DNA of 5,202 nt, from the IMG/VR virus record IMGVR_UViG_3300045988_077494; one strand, 5' to 3'. Each line of letters begins with the position of its first letter. The stretch's first letter is position 1. The translations under genes and the position numbers were made by a program. Under the pieces are notes generated by a model. That model searched no databases. It was not told the DNA's origin and was given only the letters and a program-made list of their open reading frames with translations. Of this stretch, positions 1 to 5,034 are shown piece by piece. Origin of the DNA: a virus.

Positions 1-90
1 GTGGGAATAGAGACAATGAACCTCATAGACATGACCGTGTTTCAGATTGTCATAATCTGGGCCGTAATAGCGAACCAAACGAGGACGCAT
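1..90 (-). CDS. Duplicate of the first 30 codons of the 52-aa ORF (same sequence as 5104..5193), truncated by the window edge; not a separate gene
   Basis: ATG at 90..88 preceded by AGGAGGTG plus T8. It lies entirely inside the terminal redundancy. Confidence 0.6.
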   Translation of the reverse strand, partial: MRPRLVRYYGPDYDNLKHGHVYEVHCLYSH

Positions 91-99
91 AAAAAAAAC
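1..99. repeat. Terminal redundancy, copy 1 (identical to 5104..5202); circular-assembly overlap
   Basis: Base-by-base comparison shows gtgggaatagagacaatgaacc...cgcataaaaaaaac at both window ends, 99/99 identical. Confidence 0.97.
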
Positions 100-115
100 A
101 CCTCCTATTGAGGTG
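99..115 (-). promoter_or_regulatory. Small hairpin CACCTC-AATAG-GAGGTG that pairs the Shine-Dalgarno box of the 52-aa ORF with an anti-SD-like arm
   Basis: The plus strand reads cacctc ctatt gaggtg (99..104 pairs with 110..115, 6 bp, 5-nt loop). On the mRNA strand the 3' arm is part of AGGAGGTG, 8 nt upstream of the ATG at 90..88. Confidence 0.4.
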
Positions 116-144
116 ATAATAATACTTTTGAACAAAAATATCAA
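116..144 (-). promoter_or_regulatory. Sigma70-like promoter facing the 52-aa ORF and VP4: -35 TTGATA (144..139), 17-nt spacer, -10 TATTAT (121..116)
   Basis: The minus strand reads TTGATA-TTTTTGTTCAAAAGTAT-TATTAT-CACCTC. Both hexamers match consensus at 5/6 with ideal spacing. It is the only good promoter-like match I found upstream of the gene module. Confidence 0.5.
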
Positions 145-148
145 TTTG
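137..148 (-). other. Candidate viral-strand origin core: CAAATTGATATT, 11/12 identical to the nick-proximal core of the phiX174 origin (CAACTTG^ATATT)
   Basis: The minus strand 148->137 reads CAAATTGATATT and is followed by AT-rich sequence. It is on the gene-sense (packaged) strand, intergenic, about 50 nt upstream of the ORF52/Rep unit. It overlaps the predicted -35 box, so the two readings compete. Confidence 0.35.
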
Positions 149-168
149 CTTATTTACTAAAGATTCCG

Positions 169-182
169 GCCTAGTTCTAGGC
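169..182. repeat. Perfect 6-2-6 palindrome GCCTAG-TT-CTAGGC
   Basis: Read directly from the sequence. The function is unknown; it could be an operator-like dimer binding site. Confidence 0.85.
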
Positions 183-186
183 TAAA

Positions 187-200
187 TGCACAAATGTGCA
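187..200. repeat. Perfect 6-2-6 palindrome TGCACA-AA-TGTGCA
   Basis: Read directly from the sequence. It lies 4 nt from the previous palindrome and has the same architecture. The half-site TGTGCA recurs at 337..342. Confidence 0.85.
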
Positions 201-381
201 CGAAACCAAGAATATACTTCTATTTCATTTACCATTAAATTTTAGGCTTTATTATCTATTATTTTTTAGGAACTTGTATCCTACGGGGATCTCCTACTAA
301 ACATTTTATCTTGAAATACTGCATACGTTCTAGATATGTGCAAGCAACTTCTACTATGACACGCAAAGTGACCTTTGGTGT

Positions 382-424
382 CACTCAGCACAGTTAACAT
401 CAAGAGAGTTAACTGTGCTGAGTG
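382..424. repeat. Perfect 17-bp inverted repeat cactcagcacagttaac / gttaactgtgctgagtg with 9-nt loop atcaagaga
   Basis: 382..398 pairs with 408..424 without mismatch. It is the longest perfect stem in the genome. Confidence 0.95.
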
Positions 425-453
425 TACGCCTAATGTAAATGGACGTACAGTCG

Positions 454-487
454 GAGACCCACGGCGTTTAAACCGTGGGTCTCTTTT
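454..487 (+). terminator. Intrinsic-terminator-like hairpin oriented on the plus strand (11-bp stem, then TTTT)
   Basis: Stem 454..464/473..483, loop cgtttaaa, T-run 484..487. On the gene strand the hairpin is followed by CGACTG, with no U tract. Confidence 0.5.
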
Positions 488-507
488 GGCGGCTAACGCC
501 GCTTTTT
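488..507 (+). terminator. Second intrinsic-terminator-like hairpin oriented on the plus strand (GC stem, tetraloop, TTTTT)
   Basis: Stem 489..493/498..502 (plus a g488-t503 wobble), loop taac, T-run 503..507. On the gene strand it is preceded by A5 and followed by CAAAAG. Confidence 0.45.
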
Positions 508-586
508 AAGAAAAAATTTCTTTTATGATTTTTAGAGTAGCGGCCGTGACTACGGACAAAGACAAAACCATGATGATACTTTCCAT
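506..586 (-). CDS. Possible 26-aa hydrophobic peptide MESIIMVLSLSVVTAATLKIIKEIFS
   Basis: ATG at 586..584 sits 6 nt downstream of GGAGG (which is formed by the last codons of VP2). It starts 2 nt after the VP2 stop, on the same strand. It has a hydrophobic core followed by a K/E tail, with TAA at 508..506. It is too short for the ORF track, and I recognise no homology. Confidence 0.35.
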   Translation of the reverse strand: MESIIMVLSLSVVTAATLKIIKEIFS

Positions 587-588
587 AT

Positions 589-1452
589 TTAACCTCCAAT
601 CATTTTTAAAAGACTTTCAAGCGACAAACCAATATTACCGGCAAACTGATTCAAAAAACTACCGTTACCAAAATGAACGGCCTTATCCCAATTGATATCA
701 GAAGCATACTTGGAAGCGTCATAGGACTTATCTGCTCCATACTTTGTACCAGACAAATGTTGATCTGCAGAATACCGAGTTGCGGCAGAGTTTACCGAAG
801 AACCAAAGATAGACGCCAAAGCGGCCTGACCAGCGGCATACCGAGTGGCAGAAGAACTCATAGCGGCGGCGTCACGGGTAGCACCGGCATGAATGCCAGC
901 TTGCTTAATACCAGCGGCGGCAGAAATCTGAGCAACAATATGCTCCATAGCGGTGTACTTGTCTGCAACGGCTTCCTGAGTACGTGCGTTTATATTTGCA
1001 CTCTGTAACGCCGTCTGAGCACTCAAGATGCTTCCAAGCAGGTTAGCTATAGCTCCACTCGTGGAAGTGTCTGCATCGGCCTTAGAACCGCTCCCAAGGG
1101 ACGAAGAAGCGGTTGCACCAGAACCAACGGCGGCTCCATTGCCATTCATAGCAGATAGAACAGGATTCAGGCCAGCGGCCATAAGGTCACGAACTTCTCT
1201 TTGATGGGCAGTATTGGACATCATTTCTTGCCACTGACGATTTTTAGCGGCTTCGGCAGAGTTAAACTCCATCTGTTTAGCAGTCATTTGCTCTGTCCAA
1301 TCACGTTGCACTTTTGCCTGCTCAGCATTAAAAGCACTATTAGCTTGTGCAACACCTTTCAAACCGGCAATCTGATCGGCGGCACGGTTAACAGCCGGAG
1401 CGGCTCCGACACCATCCATTTCGTAAGCGGAAGTAGTGGTACCAAATGCCAT
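589..1452 (-). CDS. VP2: VP2 minor capsid / DNA pilot protein (287 aa)
   Basis: The ORF lies immediately downstream of VP1, as in gokushoviruses. I chose ATG at 1452..1450 (MAFGTTT...), 8 nt after AAAGGAG. It contains the family-typical block ...EMMSNTAHQREVRDLMAAGLNPVLS... followed by an Ala/Ser/Gly-rich C-terminal half. Confidence 0.85.
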   Translation of the reverse strand: MAFGTTTSAYEMDGVGAAPAVNRAADQIAGLKGVAQANSAFNAEQAKVQRDWTEQMTAKQMEFNSAEAAKNRQWQEMMSNTAHQREVRDLMAAGLNPVLSAMNGNGAAVGSGATASSSLGSGSKADADTSTSGAIANLLGSILSAQTALQSANINARTQEAVADKYTAMEHIVAQISAAAGIKQAGIHAGATRDAAAMSSSATRYAAGQAALASIFGSSVNSAATRYSADQHLSGTKYGADKSYDASKYASDINWDKAVHFGNGSFLNQFAGNIGLSLESLLKMIGG

Positions 1453-1470
1453 TATAACAACTCCTTTCAG

Positions 1471-1500
1471 AAAAAACAAGAGGGGGCTTTGGCCCCCTCT
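1471..1500 (-). terminator. Rho-independent terminator on the gene strand between VP1 and VP2
   Basis: A 9-bp GC-rich stem (1479..1487 pairs with 1492..1500) with a 4-nt loop. On the minus strand it is followed by TGTTTTTTC. It begins 6 nt after the VP1 stop and lies before the VP2 SD. Confidence 0.7.
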
Positions 1501-1505
1501 ATAAA

Positions 1506-3194
1506 TCAGTGATGATCAATCAGGCCGGGGACACTATACATGGGCATAGGCCGGGTACAATAGTTCTTCACGTAGATATCAGCGAAAAACTGATTAGATA
1601 CACTACTTGACACAGCCAAAACACGATCAAGGTTAGATTTGTCCTCTTTAATCCATGCGTCCGAAAGAGTAGGCAACTGCTTGTAATCATCAGCCAAGTG
1701 CCAAACATCAAGGCTTTGAGCATACGCAGACCTCATTTCACCTGTAACCATATTGGGCTTGTAACGGTATTCGGCCCATGCTTCCTGATAGCCGAAAACC
1801 TCATTATCCTTGTCATTGCCTTGTGCAAAGATTTCTTTGTTCTTGATAGCCTGTTCACCGATATTGGCAAAAACGGGCCAGTAGAAATCAAACTTATCCT
1901 TGCGAGACCAGAGCCGGTTTAAACCCTGCTGATAGGTGTGATCATAACGAGCAACCATAACACCGATAATCAAGCCATGCTCAGTAAAAGACTTCGTGAA
2001 GTCGGAGTGTTTATCCGTGGTAAGAGACTGACCAACAACAGTACCTTGCGGAGTTCCGGAAGATTCAGTACCGGACTGCTGGACAATCTGATTCACATTG
2101 ATAGGAACACGGTTACCACCAAGATACTCAGGACGTTGCAACCGGGCATCAGGGGAAGTTACACCGAAGAAAGAGCGAACAACCTCAGTATAACGAGAAC
2201 CACCACGGGCCTGCTGTTCATAGAATTTCTGAATCTGGAAAGCAAGTCGCAACTGATTAATAGTAGCGGCAGCGGCATTACCATCGGCAACAGCCCAAAG
2301 GTTAGCAGGGGCAATATCCCAACCTGGGCTAGCACCTTCCGAAACAGTCATAGAACCGGAAAAATACTTAGAATCAAAGCCACCGCTACGAGGTTTTTGA
2401 CCAACAGCAATACCCAAACCGTCAAGCAAAGAAAAACCCGAACCATCTAATTTTTGCCAAGCAACAGAAGCCTTAGACTTACTAGAATCGACATATTGAT
2501 CAAGAGAGACAACCGGATAACTACCGGCCTGTGCAACAGGAATCGTTACATCCGGACCCTTCTGCGGAGAGGGAAGAGCGGAAGTAAAATAATCATGATA
2601 CTTAGAAGCCACAAAAGGCTTACCGCCTTTAGCGACATCTGTCACAAGTGTGCCAGTGTTCACACCTGCGACCGTAGAATCATCGGTCGGAACAACAAGA
2701 GGGTCTTGGAGGTTCTGGTCACGGAACCACTCATTCATGATCAAGGCATAGGCTCTAAAGGGCAAAGCAGAAACAGAGAGACCAGCAACGCCAGTTGGGA
2801 TACCAAAATAATCAGCAAGAGTTCCAACAATCCATCCTGTATCAGCTGGACTTGTAATTTGGGGCATCGTGTACTCAGTTGCCGGAATCCATGCGCTTTC
2901 AGTATTCTCACCACAGAACTCCTTCCAGTGATCCCAAACAAGCCGGTTGGGGACAAAGAAATAGTAGGTATCCAGATAAACGTTGTCCATCATAGGGGTG
3001 AGCAACGTCTGCATGCGGACAACCTTGGACGTATCGACGGAGAACGTATCGCCGGGAAGAACTTCGTCGAGGAAAAAAGGGACTACATCACCGGCATTAA
3101 ACGAAGTCTTGAGAGAGGCGGAACGGTCAAAGCGAGACCGGGAAATATCTACATGCGGAGCAAGACTGAAATGAGATTCGGTATTTCGGTTCAT
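1506..3194 (-). CDS. VP1: VP1 major capsid protein (562 aa), Gokushovirinae type
   Basis: This is the longest ORF. ATG at 3194..3192 is preceded by TAAGGAGG. The N-terminus reads ...FDRS...T.FNAGDVVPFFLDEVLPGDTF. The conserved block INQLRLAFQIQKFYEQQARGGSRYTEVVRSFFGVTSPDARLQRPEYLGG matches the microvirus F-like capsid family as I recall it. Confidence 0.97.
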   Translation of the reverse strand: MNRNTESHFSLAPHVDISRSRFDRSASLKTSFNAGDVVPFFLDEVLPGDTFSVDTSKVVRMQTLLTPMMDNVYLDTYYFFVPNRLVWDHWKEFCGENTESAWIPATEYTMPQITSPADTGWIVGTLADYFGIPTGVAGLSVSALPFRAYALIMNEWFRDQNLQDPLVVPTDDSTVAGVNTGTLVTDVAKGGKPFVASKYHDYFTSALPSPQKGPDVTIPVAQAGSYPVVSLDQYVDSSKSKASVAWQKLDGSGFSLLDGLGIAVGQKPRSGGFDSKYFSGSMTVSEGASPGWDIAPANLWAVADGNAAAATINQLRLAFQIQKFYEQQARGGSRYTEVVRSFFGVTSPDARLQRPEYLGGNRVPINVNQIVQQSGTESSGTPQGTVVGQSLTTDKHSDFTKSFTEHGLIIGVMVARYDHTYQQGLNRLWSRKDKFDFYWPVFANIGEQAIKNKEIFAQGNDKDNEVFGYQEAWAEYRYKPNMVTGEMRSAYAQSLDVWHLADDYKQLPTLSDAWIKEDKSNLDRVLAVSSSVSNQFFADIYVKNYCTRPMPMYSVPGLIDHH

Positions 3195-3673
3195 TCTTTC
3201 GAAACCTCCTTAATTTCATCCTGAGGAATATCAGGGACAGGCTTAGTAACGCTTTCCGTCTTAATTCCGAGCCGGTCGAGGAAATCAGGCTCAGCAGATG
3301 CGGCAAGAAACTCCGTGAAGCTGTTACCAAACTTCTCACGAGTTTCCACAGGCAGGGCCATAAACTGACGTTCCATCTCATTCATGTGGTTGAGAGCCTC
3401 GGCATAGGTCTTGGGGAAGTCGAGAAAGTCACCATAGAAGCCCTGCTTCTGAGAGAGAGCGTCAACGTCACCGTTCTGATAACGTTTCATAAGAACGTGG
3501 ATATCACAGCTTTCAGCGTGGGACTGAATGAAGTCATAGATATTTTCACGTCCGGATTCCTCAAGGACAACACGGCCTTTTTCATCATAGTAACCGGCAT
3601 AAGTGATATGCTCAGGAGAACCGGGGTCAGAAAAGATGCGATCTCGGGCATCATACTGAGTTTTGAACTGCAT
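3191..3673 (-). CDS. VP3: VP3 internal scaffolding protein (160 aa)
   Basis: ATG at 3673..3671 lies 7 nt after AAAGGAG. The sequence pattern ...CDIHVLMKRYQ.G....QGFYGDF...ALPVETREKFGNSFTEFL.. is typical of gokushovirus VP3. Its stop overlaps the VP1 start as ATGA (3194..3191). Confidence 0.85.
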   Translation of the reverse strand: MQFKTQYDARDRIFSDPGSPEHITYAGYYDEKGRVVLEESGRENIYDFIQSHAESCDIHVLMKRYQNGDVDALSQKQGFYGDFLDFPKTYAEALNHMNEMERQFMALPVETREKFGNSFTEFLAASAEPDFLDRLGIKTESVTKPVPDIPQDEIKEVSKE

Positions 3674-3677
3674 GTAA

Positions 3678-3929
3678 TCACTCCTTTACAAGACACTGGG
3701 AAGCATCACAAAGATGCAACAAAGGAATCAAGGGAGAAACATGACCGGATACGTTATCATACTCACCTACTTTGAAAAGGGCAAAATCATTCGGATGGGA
3801 AGCAAGAATAGAATCTTGCTGACGTACAGCGTGTTCAAAGTTGCGAATAGCCGTAGCGTCATTTACATCCACGGTACAAGACATAAAGGTGGACTTTGCG
3901 TCCTTGATAGCATAAAGACCAGTAATCAC
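3678..3929 (-). CDS. VP5: VP5-like non-structural protein (83 aa)
   Basis: GTG start at 3929..3927 lies 9 nt after AGAGGAGG and overlaps the upstream stop as GTGA. The pattern LYAIKDAKS..F......NDA.AIR.F..AV......L..HP.DF.LF.VGEYD..SG follows the gokushovirus VP5 signature as I recall it. Confidence 0.8.
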   Translation of the reverse strand: MITGLYAIKDAKSTFMSCTVDVNDATAIRNFEHAVRQQDSILASHPNDFALFKVGEYDNVSGHVSPLIPLLHLCDASQCLVKE

Positions 3930-4033
3930 AGGCGGATACCTCCTCTAAAAATTTTCGGGGCGATGTTGATTTTCTTAGACTTAGCGGCGGTTCGGTTAAA
4001 CACACGCTTGTCTTTTCGCTTAGGCATTTTCAT
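3926..4033 (-). CDS. VP8: Small basic DNA-binding protein (35 aa, VP8/ORF8, phiX174 J-like): MKMPKRKDKRVFNRTAAKSKKINIAPKIFRGGIRL
   Basis: It is not in the ORF track because it is too short. ATG at 4033..4031 lies 8 nt after AAGGAGG and overlaps the VP4 stop as ATGA. It has 13 Lys/Arg in 35 residues and one acidic residue, with a C-terminal RGGIRL tail typical of gokushovirus ORF8 peptides. Confidence 0.8.
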   Translation of the reverse strand: MKMPKRKDKRVFNRTAAKSKKINIAPKIFRGGIRL

Positions 4034-5034
4034 AGCAAATTCCTCCTTAAAGATTTTAGTCGGTTGGACTGTTTTTCTTCCTCAACGTCTCGCAACTCGT
4101 AAGAGTCAAGAGACGTATTAGACAATTTGGCTTCCATGGCATGTTGGGCCAGCTTAGCACGCAGGGCTTTTAACTCTGCGGACTTTTCTGGGCATTCGAC
4201 ATCGAAGAGTTTGTCGTAATACCTCGGCGGCCTGAACTTTTTTCCGCCTTTCGGCGTAGAAACGTTGATATACTGTTCTTCAACGCAGTAAGGATTTTCG
4301 TCGAAATACTGACGTGCAATTCCAGGCTTTCGGGACATGAGTGTAAACTCAGGCTCAATATTGTGGTCTCCATAAAAATTAGCTTCCTTTCCTTTCAGCT
4401 TTTTCATAACGTAGCGGGCGGTATATGCACAAGATTCCCAAGTAACTTCACCAACAACTACAAAGCCATAAGGCCAACACTCTTGGAGCGAGGGACTGTT
4501 ATAGTAAGTGTAGTATTCACCACCTTCCTTAACAGTTTTATAGGGCTGTAGATCATCGAGATGCAAACCAAACAAAATAGCATGATAGTGAGGCCGGAAC
4601 GTCTGAGAACCATATTCGCCGGACATGAAGAACCGAATCTTGTCATTTTCGAATTTCTTCCGAATTCGTTTCATGAGAAGCTGAAAATCACGCTTCCGTA
4701 AGGTCAAAGCTGGGATAGCTTCACCAGTTTCAGGGTCAGGGTAGTAGGTACGAGGAACATAATCATCATCGTAAGTAAAAGTGCAAAACCATGCAGAATC
4801 ATGATACTTAAGTTCGAGCAAACAACGGTTTGCCCATTGCCTTGAGTAGTCAATGCGGCATCCAATACACTGACCACAGGGCAATGGAACAAGAGCAGAA
4901 CGAGGATACTTATGGTTATGCCATTCAACATAAGTTTCACGGTCATCCGGAGTATAGCCGAGCATTTTCAACTCAGCTTTTCCGTTTTCCTTAGTACCAA
5001 TCCTGACAGCGTAAATGGGATGGTAACAAGACAC
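4030..5034 (-). CDS. VP4: VP4 rolling-circle replication initiator (HUH endonuclease, 334 aa)
   Basis: N-terminus (M)SCYHP; Cys cluster CGQCIGCR (aa 53-60); FCTFTYDD (aa 83-90); HUH motif H-Y-H at aa 149-151 (nt 4582..4590). Paired tyrosines YTARY followed by VMKK at aa 204-211 (Y204/Y208 = nt 4411..4425) resemble the two-Tyr active site of phiX174 protein A. GTG start at 5034..5032 lies 6 nt after GAGGTG. Confidence 0.95.
   Translation of the reverse strand: MSCYHPIYAVRIGTKENGKAELKMLGYTPDDRETYVEWHNHKYPRSALVPLPCGQCIGCRIDYSRQWANRCLLELKYHDSAWFCTFTYDDDYVPRTYYPDPETGEAIPALTLRKRDFQLLMKRIRKKFENDKIRFFMSGEYGSQTFRPHYHAILFGLHLDDLQPYKTVKEGGEYYTYYNSPSLQECWPYGFVVVGEVTWESCAYTARYVMKKLKGKEANFYGDHNIEPEFTLMSRKPGIARQYFDENPYCVEEQYINVSTPKGGKKFRPPRYYDKLFDVECPEKSAELKALRAKLAQHAMEAKLSNTSLDSYELRDVEEEKQSNRLKSLRRNLL

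Larger units (their letters stand above)
357..503. other. Array of five consecutive stem-loops (A 357..383, B 382..424, C 424..448, D 454..483, E 489..502) in the large intergenic region
   Basis: A has 6+5 bp with a 1-nt bulge (g363) and loop tgac. B has a perfect 17-bp stem. C has 5+2 bp with bulge a443. D has a perfect 11-bp stem (gagacccacgg/ccgtgggtctc). E has a 5-bp GC stem (gcggc/gccgc) with loop taac. All pairs were verified base by base. Confidence 0.9.

Noticed and set aside
123-130. Bacteroidetes-type -7 promoter element TAnnTTTG (plus-strand TACTTTTG at 123..130; minus-strand TATTTTTG at 140..133)
   Set aside because: No matching upstream TTTG -33 element was found. The universal strong SD boxes also argue against a Bacteroidetes host, so the matches are likely a consequence of AT-rich sequence.
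317-441. Canonical dif (XerCD) site in the intergenic region
   Set aside because: The best partial matches to E. coli or B. subtilis dif arms are ATATGTGCAAG at 334..344 (7/11), TAATGTAAATG at 431..441 (8/11) and TGATGTTAACT on the minus strand (9/11). None has a matching partner arm at the required 6-nt spacing. Without knowing the host dif sequence I cannot call a site.
379-510. 43-codon plus-strand ORF (GTG start) spanning the hairpin array and ending at the plus-strand terminators
   Set aside because: It has no ATG and no SD. It consists almost entirely of inverted-repeat arms, so the open frame is most simply a by-product of the palindromic sequence.
1453-1479. The track's longer VP2 start (MFFLKGVVI... 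from 1479)
   Set aside because: That start is a TTG inside the stem of the VP1-VP2 terminator hairpin and has no RBS. The ATG at 1452..1450 sits 8 nt after AAAGGAG and gives the expected MAFG... N-terminus.
673-4551. Plus-strand ORFs from the track (673..1008, 1201..1512, 1698..1922, 1938..2450, 2454..3224, 2983..3174, 3386..3775, 3714..4121, 4363..4551), including a 256-aa one opposite VP1
   Set aside because: Eight of the nine are in exact codon-for-codon antisense register with VP2, VP1, VP3, VP5 or VP4, as checked by coordinates modulo 3. In that register an antisense stop needs a sense TTA, CTA or TCA codon, which these genes mostly avoid, so long shadow ORFs are expected. The translations are Arg/Ser/Asn-rich low-complexity strings and have no SD boxes. 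The ninth (2983..3174) starts with TTG and also lacks an RBS.
2741-4646. Same-strand overlapping ORFs (2741..2956, 3127..3381, 3487..3696, 4170..4373, 4458..4646)
   Set aside because: All lie in the +1 frame of the host gene (start-offset modulo 3 equals 1), so the openness is systematic and codon-usage driven rather than gene-specific. Two begin with TTG or GTG, and none has a convincing GGAGG box at proper spacing. The hydrophobic stretches are expected, because T-rich wobble positions become second codon positions.
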